Position numbers and translations under genes: made by a program | IMG/VR virus record: IMGVR_UViG_3300044632_001218 | DNA: 64,000 bases | Origin: a virus | Strand: one strand, 5' to 3' | Part shown: positions 10,583 through 20,868 of the stretch, piece after piece | Numbering within the stretch: the first letter of the stretch is position 1 | How the letters are laid out: every line of letters begins with the position of its first letter | Notes under the pieces: model-generated | Told to the model about the DNA's origin: nothing | Database searches by the model: none | Seen by the model: the letters and a program-made list of their open reading frames with translations, nothing else

Positions 10583-11755
10583 ATGAGTGCCGGTAACAAC
10601 TTACAAGAAATGGAAGTATCTACTAAAAAATCAGTCACCTCTGTAAACAAAGGTGCAAGACCTGCTGAATCAATGCCAAGTTTTGATGCAAAAGTACAAG
10701 GTCAATCAGGTTCATGGGAAGATCTTGGTGGTCCTACCCCAACTGAGAATCATCCTTTAGGAGATTCAAACAAGTTGAAAACTCCTAGTGCTACTCTTAA
10801 GCAAGTTAAGAATGTAGTCAACAAAGGAGCTAAGTCTGCTGACTCAATGCCTGCTAAAATTGTTGGCAAGGAAGCAAGTTATGAAGAAGTTGAGACTGAT
10901 GAAGAACTTGTAGAAGACTCTGAAGAAGATACTAATGCAGTAGTTTCAGAAGCTGAGCATAAGGGTGAGAAGGGTAAGGGGGAGAAAGAAGAGAAGAAAG
11001 ATGAGGATGAAGAAGAAGAAGAAGAAGATATGGAAGAAGAGTTTGAACTCAACTTCACAGAAGATGTTAATGCAATGATTGGTGGTGAAGACCTTTCCGA
11101 AGAGTTCAAAGAGAAAGCAACTCTCATTTTTGAAACTGCAGTTAAAACTAAAATTGCAGAAATTAAAGAATCACTTGAGAATAAGTTCAACAAAGCACTT
11201 GTTGAAGAAGTTGTTGCAATCAAAGAAGAATTAACAGGAAGAGTAGATGCTTATCTTGAGTATGTTGCTGAAGAGTGGATTGATGAAAATGCTCTTCAGA
11301 TTGAGAATGGACTGAAAGGAGAACTTTCAGAATCATTCATGAGTGGTCTGAAGTCACTCTTTGAAGAACATTATGTAGAAATCCCTGAAGATAGATATGA
11401 TGTATTAGAGAATATGGTTATGAGATTAGATGAAATGGAAGAAAAACTCAACGAACAAATCGAAAGAAATGTTCAATTAAATCAAAGATTAAGTGAGGCT
11501 GTAAGCGATACCATTTTCAATGATGTCGCTGAAGGGTTAGCTTTAACTCAGAAGGAGAAGCTTGCTGGTCTTGCTGAAAGTGTTGAGTTTGATAGTGAAG
11601 ATACATATCGTGAAAAACTTGAATCTCTTAAGGAATCATATTTCCATAGAGCAACAGGTTCTTCGAAAAATGAGGTATTGACTGAACAAGCAGGTGAGGA
11701 CTTTGGTCCCCATATGAATGCTTATCTCAGAGCAATTTCCAAATATTCTAAGTGA
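10583..11755 (+). CDS. gp22: Prohead core scaffold (gp22)
   Basis: Acidic coiled-coil protein between gp21 and gp23; LSEEFKEKATLIFE, YLEYVAEEW motifs. Confidence 0.93.
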   Translation: MSAGNNLQEMEVSTKKSVTSVNKGARPAESMPSFDAKVQGQSGSWEDLGGPTPTENHPLGDSNKLKTPSATLKQVKNVVNKGAKSADSMPAKIVGKEASYEEVETDEELVEDSEEDTNAVVSEAEHKGEKGKGEKEEKKDEDEEEEEEDMEEEFELNFTEDVNAMIGGEDLSEEFKEKATLIFETAVKTKIAEIKESLENKFNKALVEEVVAIKEELTGRVDAYLEYVAEEWIDENALQIENGLKGELSESFMSGLKSLFEEHYVEIPEDRYDVLENMVMRLDEMEEKLNEQIERNVQLNQRLSEAVSDTIFNDVAEGLALTQKEKLAGLAESVEFDSEDTYREKLESLKESYFHRATGSSKNEVLTEQAGEDFGPHMNAYLRAISKYSK

Positions 11756-11768
11756 AATTAATCTTAAT

Positions 11769-11776
11769 TATAAATA
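11769..11776 (+). promoter_or_regulatory. Late promoter TATAAATA (gp23)
   Basis: Exact consensus upstream of the GGAG RBS of gp23. Confidence 0.85.
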
Positions 11777-11824
11777 ATTTCAGTTAAAACAACACTTTTA
11801 CAAGAAAAACAAGGAGAAAAAGCA

Positions 11825-13276
11825 ATGTTCCTTTCAGAACAATTGCAGAAAAAGTGGGAACCCCTTTTAGAGGCAGAAGGTCTTGATAAGATCTCTGACC
11901 CATATAGAAAGGCTGTTACTGCTGTTCTGCTCGAAAACCAAGAAAGATTTTTACAAGAAGAAAGAGGTTTCCTTTCTGAAACCCCTGCAGGGATGTATGC
12001 CAGCACTGCTGGTGCTGGTGGTGCTGCTGGTTTCAGTCATGGTGCTGCTCCAGGTGGTCCAGTTGCAGGTTTTGACCCTGTTCTGATCTCATTGATCAGA
12101 CGTTCAATGCCTAACCTTGTTGCATATGATCTCGCTGGTGTTCAACCAATGAGTGGTCCTACTGGACTTATCTTTGCAATGAGAAGCAGATATGTTGACC
12201 AGAATGGTAATGAGACCTTCTTTGATGAAGTTGACTCAGCATACTCTGGTCAAGATGATGGTTACAATACCACAACTGGCGACTACACTGGTGGTTCAGA
12301 TGATGGTTCTTCAGTTGGTTTTGGTACTACTGGTTTCCAAGGTAGTGGTGCTACTGCTGCTCAAAAGACTGCTTATGGTTTCAACCCCGCAGACCTGAAT
12401 GCTTCTGGTGCAACTGGAAGAGAGTACAGAGTTGGACAAGGTATGTCCACCTATGATGCAGAAAATCTGGGTGCTGGTTCAGGTGACCAGTTCAACCAGA
12501 TGGCATTCAGCATTGAGAGAATCTCTGTGACTGCAAAGTCAAGAGCACTCAAAGCTGAGTACACTCTGGAACTGGCACAGGACCTCAAGGCTATTCATGG
12601 TCTTGATGCTGAAGCAGAATTGGCAAACATTCTGTCTTCAGAAATCCTTGCTGAAATCAACAGAGAAGTCATCAGAACTATCTACAAGGCTGCTGAGCCT
12701 GGTGCACAAGTCAATGTTGCTAATGCTGGCACCTTTGACCTTGATGTTGACTCAAATGGTAGATGGTCTGTTGAGAAGTTCAAAGGACTTCTGTTCCAGA
12801 TCGAAAGAGATGCTAATGCTATTGCATATAGAACTCGTAGAGGGAAGGGTAACACCATTCTTTGCTCATCTGATGTTGCTTCTGCACTCACAATGGCAGG
12901 AATCCTGGATTACACCCCTGCACTCAATGCTAACCTGAGTGTTGATGATACTGGCAATACTTTTGCTGGTGTTATTAATGGTAAGTTCAAGGTATACATT
13001 GACCCATATTCTGCTAACCTTTCTGCTAACCAATACTATGTTGTTGGTTACAAGGGAACCAATCCTTATGATGCTGGTCTGTTCTACTGCCCATACGTTC
13101 CTCTCCAGATGGTTCGTGCTGTTGGTCAGGACACCTTCCAGCCCAAGATTGGATTCAAGACCAGATATGGTATGGTTGCTAACCCATTTGCAAATGGTCT
13201 TGATAAGGATCTGGGTGCCATCAAGGCTGGTGCTAACAGATACTACAGAAGAGTTGCTGTTAAGAACCTCATGTGA
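11825..13276 (+). CDS. gp23: Major capsid protein (gp23)
   Basis: GVQPMSGPTGLIFAMR, KSRALKAEYTLELAQDLKAIHGLDAE, FQPKIGFKTRYG. Confidence 0.99.
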   Translation: MFLSEQLQKKWEPLLEAEGLDKISDPYRKAVTAVLLENQERFLQEERGFLSETPAGMYASTAGAGGAAGFSHGAAPGGPVAGFDPVLISLIRRSMPNLVAYDLAGVQPMSGPTGLIFAMRSRYVDQNGNETFFDEVDSAYSGQDDGYNTTTGDYTGGSDDGSSVGFGTTGFQGSGATAAQKTAYGFNPADLNASGATGREYRVGQGMSTYDAENLGAGSGDQFNQMAFSIERISVTAKSRALKAEYTLELAQDLKAIHGLDAEAELANILSSEILAEINREVIRTIYKAAEPGAQVNVANAGTFDLDVDSNGRWSVEKFKGLLFQIERDANAIAYRTRRGKGNTILCSSDVASALTMAGILDYTPALNANLSVDDTGNTFAGVINGKFKVYIDPYSANLSANQYYVVGYKGTNPYDAGLFYCPYVPLQMVRAVGQDTFQPKIGFKTRYGMVANPFANGLDKDLGAIKAGANRYYRRVAVKNLM

Positions 13277-13296
13277 GTTTATCTCACATATTTTCA

Positions 13297-13323
13297 AGGA
13301 CCTCCAAAAGAGGTCCTTTTTTT
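13297..13323 (+). terminator. Rho-independent terminator after gp23
   Basis: AGGACCTC-caaaa-GAGGTCCT then a T-run; a second hairpin ATGTGAG-tttat-CTCACAT lies at 13271-13289. Confidence 0.9.
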
Positions 13324-13344
13324 ATGTCCTAAATAATTAAAAAA

Positions 13345-13896
13345 ATGTCTTCTAGTTATTTAAATCGTACTCCAACAAATAAAAACCTATTGTCGCCAAT
13401 AGGGTTTAAGTTCGTTTTAGATAAGGCACCCAAAGTAGACTTTTTTTCCAACTATGCAGGAATTCCTGCCATTACATTGGGTTCCGCAATTCAAACTCGC
13501 TATGGGAAGAATATTGATATTCCTGGCGATAAAATGAACTTTGAAGATTTTCGTCTACGTTTTCTTGTAGATGAAGATATGGAAAACTACATGGAAATAT
13601 GGAACTGGATGACTGGTTTGGGGTTCCCATACAGTTTAGAGCAGTATGCAGACCTAAGAGAAAATTCTGACAAATACAATTCTGAAGCATTGAAGAATGA
13701 TTTCTATGAAAGGTCTGATGCAACCCTAAACATTTTGAACAGCAGTTTCAATGTTCAATCTCAAGTTATTTTTGATGGATTATATCCGGTCTACTTATCA
13801 GGTCTAGACTTTGATGCTACACAAGAAGACATTAGATATTTTACTGCAGAGGTAACTTTCAAGTATACTTACTATAGAATTATTACAGGTTTATGA
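13345..13896 (+). CDS. gp3: Tail completion / sheath terminator (gp3-like)
   Basis: N.LSPIGFKF, IPGDKMNFEDFRLRFLVDE motif; usual position after gp23 in cyanomyoviruses. Confidence 0.85.
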   Translation: MSSSYLNRTPTNKNLLSPIGFKFVLDKAPKVDFFSNYAGIPAITLGSAIQTRYGKNIDIPGDKMNFEDFRLRFLVDEDMENYMEIWNWMTGLGFPYSLEQYADLRENSDKYNSEALKNDFYERSDATLNILNSSFNVQSQVIFDGLYPVYLSGLDFDATQEDIRYFTAEVTFKYTYYRIITGL

Positions 13897-14324
13897 TTTC
13901 TCTTGAAAATATTCAATCTATGTGGAGTGAAGACTCCAAAATCAACATAGATGACTTACACAATGAATCTTTAAAAGTTGCAAGTTTACACTCAAAATAT
14001 TATGAAATATACAATAACATTTCACTATTGAGAAAAAGAGCAGAGGTTCAATATAACCATAAAAGATTAGAAAGATATAATTTTTATGCAGGGAAAGCAT
14101 CACCTGATGTTTATAAGGAAGAACCATTTCCATATAAAGTCAGGGATAAAGAAGGAATGCAAAGACACATTGAAGCTGATGAAAAACTATCAGAAATGTT
14201 TATGAAAATAGAATATTATGATATAATATTAAAATACTTAGAAGAAATTATTAAAATGATTTCCAACAGAACTTATCAAATTAAAAACTCCATTGACTTT
14301 TTAAGATTCCAGTCTGGTATGTAA
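13893..14324 (+). CDS. uvsY: Recombination mediator UvsY
   Basis: IDDLHNESLKVASLHSKY, NRTYQIKNSIDF motifs; synteny with uvsW. Confidence 0.88.
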   Translation: MISLENIQSMWSEDSKINIDDLHNESLKVASLHSKYYEIYNNISLLRKRAEVQYNHKRLERYNFYAGKASPDVYKEEPFPYKVRDKEGMQRHIEADEKLSEMFMKIEYYDIILKYLEEIIKMISNRTYQIKNSIDFLRFQSGM

Positions 14325-14325
14325 T

Positions 14326-15789
14326 ATGTCTGATTTAGTGATTTCAAAAAAGAACGAAATATTTTTAAAAATAGAATGCGAACCACATATCAAATATGAA
14401 TTGAGTGATCAGTTTACCTTTGATGTTCCTGGTGCCAAGTTCATGCCTCAGTATAGAAGTAAGTACTGGGATGGTAAAATTCGTTTATTCAACTTACAAA
14501 CAGGAGAAATCTATTCTGGTTTATTGGATAAACTTATTTCCTTCTGCGAAAATCACAACTATACTTTTGAATTATTAGATAACAAATATTATGGTCTTCC
14601 TGGAGAAATGGATGAGTCTATTTCTATGGAAGGTGTTAAAGATTACATGACTAGTATTTGTTCTCACAGTCCAAGAGATTATCAAATACAAGGAGTTTAT
14701 GATGCATTAAAATATAAAAGAAAATTAATATTATCTCCTACTGCATCAGGAAAATCATTGATGATTTATTCTGTAGTTAGATACTTTGTAGAGCAGAATC
14801 AGAATGTTCTCCTTATAGTCCCCACCACATCCCTTGTAGAGCAGATGTATAAGGACTTTGAGGATTATGGATGGAACTCAGAGGAATACTGCCACAGAGT
14901 CTATGGAGGCAGTGATAGAGTATCAGATAAGCAAGTAATCATATCTACTTGGCAATCAATATACAAGTTAGATAAATCATATTTTCAAAAATTTGATGTA
15001 GTAATTGGAGATGAAGCTCATCAATTCAAATCCAAATCACTTGTATCTATTATGTCTAATCTTCATGATGCAAAATATAGATTTGGATTCACAGGAACAC
15101 TTGATGGAACACAGACTCATAAACTTGTTCTTGAAGGTTTATTTGGCCCAACATATAAATTAATTAAAACTGATGAATTGATTAAGAAAGGATATCTTTC
15201 TAAATTGAATATTAAAGTTCTTCTTCTCAAACACAATCCACAATCATTTGAAACTTATGAAGATGAAGTTCAATATTTAATTACACATCAACGAAGAAAT
15301 AACTTTATCAAAAACTTATCAATAAGTTTAGAAGGAAATACTTTGATTTTGTTTAGTAGGGTTTCTACTCATGGGGAACCTTTATATGATCTCATAAATA
15401 AGAACATAGGTGATAATAGAAAAATATTTTTCATCCACGGTGGTGTTGATACTGAAGAAAGAGAATTAGTCAGAAAAATTGCAGAAGAAGAATCTAATGC
15501 AATCATAGTTGCTTCTTATGGGACATTCAGTACAGGAATAAACATTAAAAATCTTCACAATATAATATTTTCATCTCCAAGTAAATCAAGAATCAGAAAC
15601 CTACAATCAATAGGAAGAGTTCTTAGAAAAAGTAAAGAAAAAGTATCAGCAACACTTTATGATATTGCTGATGATATTACTAACAAAAGTAAAAGAAATT
15701 ATACTCTTAATCATTTAGTAGAAAGAATTAAAATCTACAATGAAGAAAACTTTAATTATGAAATTGTAACAATAGACTTTAAAAAATAA
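14326..15789 (+). CDS. uvsW: SF2 helicase UvsW
   Basis: SPTASGKS, GDEAH, QSIGRVLR. Confidence 0.96.
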   Translation: MSDLVISKKNEIFLKIECEPHIKYELSDQFTFDVPGAKFMPQYRSKYWDGKIRLFNLQTGEIYSGLLDKLISFCENHNYTFELLDNKYYGLPGEMDESISMEGVKDYMTSICSHSPRDYQIQGVYDALKYKRKLILSPTASGKSLMIYSVVRYFVEQNQNVLLIVPTTSLVEQMYKDFEDYGWNSEEYCHRVYGGSDRVSDKQVIISTWQSIYKLDKSYFQKFDVVIGDEAHQFKSKSLVSIMSNLHDAKYRFGFTGTLDGTQTHKLVLEGLFGPTYKLIKTDELIKKGYLSKLNIKVLLLKHNPQSFETYEDEVQYLITHQRRNNFIKNLSISLEGNTLILFSRVSTHGEPLYDLINKNIGDNRKIFFIHGGVDTEERELVRKIAEEESNAIIVASYGTFSTGINIKNLHNIIFSSPSKSRIRNLQSIGRVLRKSKEKVSATLYDIADDITNKSKRNYTLNHLVERIKIYNEENFNYEIVTIDFKK

Positions 15790-16167
15790 ATGGATAACGA
15801 ATTTTATGCATCAATTAAATTAGTATCAGGTGAAGAAATCTTTGCATTGGTCTCTCCATCAGAAGAAGAAGATAGAACTCTTTTAATTCTTGACACTCCT
15901 GTTATCATTGAACCAATGGTATCTAAAAGTCAAGGAATAGTTGGATATAAAGTTAAGCCTTGGATGTGTATTCCTGATGATGATATTTACATTATTGATA
16001 TGAATAAAGTCATTACCATGACTGAAATTTATAATGATCAAATCATTAGAGTTTATGAAAAGTACACCAAAAATTCTTCTCAAGTATCTTTAGAGAAGAC
16101 TGTAGGATTCATTTCTAAAGTGGATGAAGCTCGTAAAGTACTTGAAAAACTCTATAACAGTAATTAA
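15790..16167 (+). CDS. Conserved cyanophage hypothetical protein (Sm-like fold suspected)
   Basis: 125-aa ORF abutting uvsW; IKLVSGEEIFA motif. Confidence 0.75.
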   Translation: MDNEFYASIKLVSGEEIFALVSPSEEEDRTLLILDTPVIIEPMVSKSQGIVGYKVKPWMCIPDDDIYIIDMNKVITMTEIYNDQIIRVYEKYTKNSSQVSLEKTVGFISKVDEARKVLEKLYNSN

Positions 16168-16175
16168 GCCGTACC

Positions 16176-16201
16176 TATCCTTCAAACCTAACAGAGTGAT
16201 T
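16176..16201 (-). repeat. 26-bp dispersed repeat, copy 1 (AATCACTCTGTTAGGTTTGAAGGATA on minus strand)
   Basis: Exact reverse complement of 44091-44116. Confidence 0.9.
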
Positions 16202-16227
16202 CTAACCATATTCGAGGAAGTTGTCAA
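16199..16227 (-). promoter_or_regulatory. Minus-strand sigma70 promoter TTGACA-N17-TAGAAT
   Basis: Reverse complement of 16199-16227 reads TTGACA acttcctcgaatatggt TAGAAT. Confidence 0.75.
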
Positions 16228-16249
16228 CTCCTTGATTTAATGGTATACT
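16221..16249 (+). promoter_or_regulatory. Sigma70 promoter TTGTCA-N17-TATACT for gp55
   Basis: 17-bp spacer; its -35 box overlaps the -35 of the divergent promoter. Confidence 0.7.
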
Positions 16250-16282
16250 AACATTACTAAATTATATTATGAAACAAAGTTA

Positions 16283-16771
16283 ATGAGTATATTAATGGTC
16301 AGAGGTAAAAAGAAATCAGAGCATTATGTAAACAATAAAGAGTTTTATCAAGCTCTTGTTGAATACAATAAGAAAGTAGATGAAGCAAAGTCATTAGGTC
16401 TCCCTAAACCAAGAATCACAAATTATCTTGGTGACTGCTTCTTACGCATTGCCAATCATCTTGCATACAAACCAAACTTCGTGAACTACATGTTCAAGGA
16501 TGATATGATTTGTGATGGAATTGAAAATTGCGTTCAATATATTCATAACTTTGATATAAACAGAACCAATCCTTTTGCATACTTTACCCAAATTGTTTAT
16601 TATGCATTCTTAAGAAGAATTGCCAAAGAGAAGAAACAGTTAGAAATCAAATCTAAAATCATAGAAAGATCTGGTTATGATGAAGTATTCTCTATAGATG
16701 ATCCAGATTTTAGTGGAGGATATTCTGATATGAATAGTATCAAAGATAATATTAATTATAGATTTCAATGA
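16283..16771 (+). CDS. gp55: Late-transcription sigma factor (gp55)
   Basis: HYVNNKEF, KPNFVNYMFKDDMICDGIENC, NPFAYFTQI. Confidence 0.96.
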   Translation: MSILMVRGKKKSEHYVNNKEFYQALVEYNKKVDEAKSLGLPKPRITNYLGDCFLRIANHLAYKPNFVNYMFKDDMICDGIENCVQYIHNFDINRTNPFAYFTQIVYYAFLRRIAKEKKQLEIKSKIIERSGYDEVFSIDDPDFSGGYSDMNSIKDNINYRFQ

Positions 16772-17802
16772 AAATTGGCATAATTACTGATACTCACTTC
16801 AACTTCAAAAAAGGTAGTAAAGTTTTTCATGATTATTTTGAAAAATTTTATAAGGATATTTTTTTCCCCTCTTTGAAAAAATATAAAGTTGATACAGTCA
16901 TTCACATGGGTGACATGTTTGATAATCGTAAATCAACTGATTATTGGAGTATTGATTGGACAAGAAGGGTTATTCTTGAACCACTAAAAAAATATAAGGT
17001 TCATGCAATCTTGGGTAATCATGATATTTTTTATAAGAATACAACAAAACTAAACAGTCCAATGCTTTTGTTGAATGAGTATAAGAACATCAACGTGTAT
17101 CATAAACCATCTACTGTCCAAGTTGGTGAACAAGAGATACTGTTTGTTCCTTGGATAACACCAGATAGTGAGCAGGAGACCCTACAAGCAATTCAAAGCA
17201 CCTCTGCAAAGGTTTGTATGGGTCATTTAGAATTGAGTGGGTTTGAGCATCACAGAGGTCACCTGAATGAAAATGGTCAAGATAAATCAATCTTCAAAAA
17301 GTTTGATAGAGTATTTTCTGGACATTACCACACAAGAAGCGATGATGGTAATATTTTTTACTTAGGAAATCCATATCAAATGTATTGGAATGATTATAAT
17401 GATAAAAGGGGATTTACAATTTTTGATACAGAAACTTATGAAATAATTTCCATAGACAATCCATATGAAATGTTCAAGATGTGTAAGTATGATGAAGATT
17501 GTCTTGAAGAAGATTTTGATTCTTATCAAGGTTGTATTGTAAAATTAATCATAGAAAATAAAACAAATCAAAAGAAATATGAAAATTTCCTAGATAAACT
17601 GATAAAAGTTCAACCAGTAGAACTCAAGATTATTGAACATATAAAACTCAATTCTGATTTTGATTCTGATGAAATTGTTCAAAATGAGGATACATTGACT
17701 CTATTAAAAAAGTATGTTGATGAATCTGAAATTAAGTTAAATAAGAATAAGATTAAAGATTTAATACAATCAATTTATCAGGAGTCGTTTCAGTTGCAAT
17801 AA
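16768..17802 (+). CDS. gp47: Recombination endonuclease subunit (gp47, SbcD/Mre11-like)
   Basis: DTHF, GDMFD, GNHD, SGHYH metallophosphoesterase motifs. Confidence 0.96.
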   Translation: MKIGIITDTHFNFKKGSKVFHDYFEKFYKDIFFPSLKKYKVDTVIHMGDMFDNRKSTDYWSIDWTRRVILEPLKKYKVHAILGNHDIFYKNTTKLNSPMLLLNEYKNINVYHKPSTVQVGEQEILFVPWITPDSEQETLQAIQSTSAKVCMGHLELSGFEHHRGHLNENGQDKSIFKKFDRVFSGHYHTRSDDGNIFYLGNPYQMYWNDYNDKRGFTIFDTETYEIISIDNPYEMFKMCKYDEDCLEEDFDSYQGCIVKLIIENKTNQKKYENFLDKLIKVQPVELKIIEHIKLNSDFDSDEIVQNEDTLTLLKKYVDESEIKLNKNKIKDLIQSIYQESFQLQ

Positions 17803-18083
17803 TGTATATTCTAACACTCAAGGATGAAGATACTGAAGGTGCATATGCAGTAGAAGACAAGTATGGAGAAAAGGTTCTCTATTTGTTTGAAGAGGAAGAT
17901 GATGCTATCAGATATTGTAATATGCTAGAAGAACTTGATTATCCTGAACTTGAGGTTACTGAAGTCAATCCACATGTAGCTTTTATGGCTTGTGATAAAA
18001 TGGACTATCAGTATGCTATAATTACTTCCAATGACATTGTGATTCCCCCTGATTATGTTGACATTCAAAACTCTACGATATAA
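17802..18083 (+). CDS. Conserved cyanophage hypothetical protein
   Basis: 93-aa acidic ORF coupled between gp47 and gp46. Confidence 0.75.
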   Translation: MYILTLKDEDTEGAYAVEDKYGEKVLYLFEEEDDAIRYCNMLEELDYPELEVTEVNPHVAFMACDKMDYQYAIITSNDIVIPPDYVDIQNSTI

Positions 18084-19773
18084 AAACTTTTTATCATCAG
18101 GGAATCAATTTACAGAAATCCTTTTAACTAATTTTAAGTCTACTTTAGTCATAGGAAGTAATGGAGCAGGAAAAAGTACAATGCTTGATGCATTGACTTT
18201 TGTTCTGTTTAATAAACCTTTTAGAAAGATTAGTAAAACGCAACTTATTAATACATCTAACGAAAAAGAGTGTGTTGTTGAAATAGAATTCAGTATTGGA
18301 AAAACTAACTGGAAAATTATTAGGGGGATTAAACCAACAGTTTTTGAAATTTATAAAGGTAAAACATTATTAGACCAAGCATCATCTGCTAATGACCAAC
18401 AAAAATGGTTAGAACAGAATGTATTGAAATTAAACTTCAAATCATTTACACAAATTATTGTTCTTGGTTCTTCAAGTTTTGTTCCATTTATGCAACTATC
18501 TTCTCAACATAGAAGAGAGGTTGTAGAGGATTTGCTTGATATCAAAGTATTTTCTTCAATGAATGATATTGCCAAAATTAAAATTAAGGAGATTAAGGAT
18601 GATATCAAAGAAATTGGATACAAAAAAGATAATATTGAAGATAAAATTGAATCCCAAAAAATGTTTATTGGTGAGATTGAAAAACTCAAAGATAAAGATA
18701 TTCAAGACAAACAAAACAAAATAGAATCCATAGATTCTAATGTGAATGCTATTAGCATTAATAATACTAATATACAAGAAAAAATCAATCAGTTTACTAA
18801 ATCTTTAGAAGAACTGTCTTACTCAGAAGACAAGATAAAGAAACTTGAAAGGTTGAATATTAAATTGGAACAAAAGATAGCATCAGTTATAGATGACCAC
18901 AAGTTTTTTAAGAAGAATAGTGTTTGCCCTACCTGCACGCAAACTATTGAAGAAGATTTTAGATTAAATAAGATTGGGGAGATTGAAAATAAAGCAAAAG
19001 AAATCAAGGATGGACAACACCAACTGAAACAATCTATTGAACAAGAGACTCAAATACAGAGTCAATTTATAAAAATTACTAAAGAGGTATTAGAACTCAA
19101 CAATGAAATCAGTCTTAACAATGTTAAAATTGTTCAATTCCGAAAACAAATTAAAGAACTTGAATCAGAAATTCAAGAACTTACCACACAATCAGAAGAC
19201 AGAAATATTGAAACTACAAAGTTAGAAACTTATCAAGAAACATTAGAAAATCTTTTAACTGAACTTTCAAACAAAAAAGAAGAATTATCTAACTATGAAT
19301 TTATTCATTTGTTATTGAAGGATGATGGCGCAAAGACAAAAATTATTAAAAAATATTTACCATCAATCAATCAGACATTGAATAAGTATTTGGATATTAT
19401 GGAGTTCTCTGTGAACTTTACATTAGATGAAGAGTTTAGCGAAAAAACTTTGAATCCAATTTATGAAGACTTTAGTTATGAATCCTTTAGTGAAGGTGAA
19501 AAAATGAGAATTGATTTGGCAATCCTGTTTACTTGGAGGGAAATTGCCAAACTAAAAAATTCAATCAATACAAATTTACTAATACTTGATGAAGTTTTTG
19601 ATAGCTCATTGGATGAGTATGGAACAGAATATTTTACAAAAATTATTAAGTATATGATAGACAAATCTAATGTATTTGTAATTTCACATAAGACTGATGA
19701 ATTGTTGGATAAATTTGATTCTGTAATTAAGTTTGAAAAACAAAAGGGATTCAGTGTCATGGTTGACTCTTGA
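18055..19773 (+). CDS. gp46: Recombination ATPase subunit (gp46, SbcC/Rad50-like)
   Basis: GSNGAGKST, CPTC zinc hook, FSEGEKMRIDLA signature, LILDE. Confidence 0.97.
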   Translation: MLTFKTLRYKNFLSSGNQFTEILLTNFKSTLVIGSNGAGKSTMLDALTFVLFNKPFRKISKTQLINTSNEKECVVEIEFSIGKTNWKIIRGIKPTVFEIYKGKTLLDQASSANDQQKWLEQNVLKLNFKSFTQIIVLGSSSFVPFMQLSSQHRREVVEDLLDIKVFSSMNDIAKIKIKEIKDDIKEIGYKKDNIEDKIESQKMFIGEIEKLKDKDIQDKQNKIESIDSNVNAISINNTNIQEKINQFTKSLEELSYSEDKIKKLERLNIKLEQKIASVIDDHKFFKKNSVCPTCTQTIEEDFRLNKIGEIENKAKEIKDGQHQLKQSIEQETQIQSQFIKITKEVLELNNEISLNNVKIVQFRKQIKELESEIQELTTQSEDRNIETTKLETYQETLENLLTELSNKKEELSNYEFIHLLLKDDGAKTKIIKKYLPSINQTLNKYLDIMEFSVNFTLDEEFSEKTLNPIYEDFSYESFSEGEKMRIDLAILFTWREIAKLKNSINTNLLILDEVFDSSLDEYGTEYFTKIIKYMIDKSNVFVISHKTDELLDKFDSVIKFEKQKGFSVMVDS

Positions 19774-19819
19774 CTCTTTTGATGGTATTATAATCTTTGA
19801 TTAGTTTATTATTTTTATT

Positions 19820-20170
19820 ATGTTTGGACCTGAAGATGAACTTAATTATGTAAATGAGGTTTCTATTAAAACACCCTATATGCCTGAATCAAATCATTTT
19901 TGGAAATATAACGAACATAAAATTCTAAAACAATTGGAACAGTATATCGCAAGTACCTATAATCAGCATTATGTAGATAGGACTGGTGGTAGCACTGAAC
20001 AAACACTGGACAAAATCAAGCACAATCGTAGAGAAGGATTTTGTGCTGGTAATGTGACTAAGTACATTGATAGGTATGATAGTAAAGGAACTCCTCGTGC
20101 TGACCTCTTCAAGGTTTTGCATTATACGATTCTTTTAATTAATCATCTTAATCTAGTTGAAAACAAGTGA
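19820..20170 (+). CDS. DUF3310-like protein (T7 gp1.7 nucleotide-kinase-like)
   Basis: QHY...GFCAGNVTKYIDRY..KG...DLFKVLHY matches the recalled DUF3310 pattern. Confidence 0.6.
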   Translation: MFGPEDELNYVNEVSIKTPYMPESNHFWKYNEHKILKQLEQYIASTYNQHYVDRTGGSTEQTLDKIKHNRREGFCAGNVTKYIDRYDSKGTPRADLFKVLHYTILLINHLNLVENK

Positions 20171-20853
20171 AACTGAAACCTCAAATGATGAAACTTTCCC
20201 CTGATACAGTAACCATTCTTAAGAACTTTTCTAATATCAATCAATCTATTTTGATTAGGAAAGGTTCTAAGATTAGCACCATGAGCATTCTTAAAAACAT
20301 TTATGCAGAAGCAAATGTTGGTGAAGACTTTCCCAAAGAAGTTGCTATCTATGACTTAAATGAGTTTTTGAATGGTTTGGGTTTGCATCAAGACCCAGAT
20401 TTAGATTTTGCCAATGATTCTTATATTTCCATTAAAGAGGGTAACAGAAGGGTTAAATATTTTTGTGCTGACCCTGAAGTGATTGTTGCTCCTCCAGATA
20501 AGGAGGTAAATCTTCCTTCTAAGGATGTGTGCTTCCAACTTGAACATTCTCAACTTGATAAACTCCTCAAGGCAGCAGCAGTTTATAAACTCCAAGACCT
20601 TGCTGTAGTTGGTGCAGCAGGAGTTATTAGTCTTGTTGTTAGAGACAAAAACAATGATACTTCTAATGAATATTCAATCATTGTTGGAGAAACTGATAAA
20701 GAGTTTACTTTCAACTTTAAGGTAGAAAATATCAAGATTATTCCAGGATCTTATGATGTTGTGATTTCTAAAGTTCTGCACGCAGAATTTACTAATACCA
20801 AATACAACATGAGATATTTTATTGCACTGGAACCAGATTCAACTTTTGAATAA
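20167..20853 (+). CDS. gp45: Sliding clamp (gp45)
   Basis: LKNFSNINQSILI, IYDLNEFL, YFIALEPDS. Confidence 0.95.
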   Translation: MKLKPQMMKLSPDTVTILKNFSNINQSILIRKGSKISTMSILKNIYAEANVGEDFPKEVAIYDLNEFLNGLGLHQDPDLDFANDSYISIKEGNRRVKYFCADPEVIVAPPDKEVNLPSKDVCFQLEHSQLDKLLKAAAVYKLQDLAVVGAAGVISLVVRDKNNDTSNEYSIIVGETDKEFTFNFKVENIKIIPGSYDVVISKVLHAEFTNTKYNMRYFIALEPDSTFE

Positions 20854-20868
20854 TTTTTTTAATATATT

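Noticed and set aside
10920-11045. GAA-rich low-complexity tract in gp22
   Set aside because: Encodes the usual acidic scaffold linker; not a separate repeat element.
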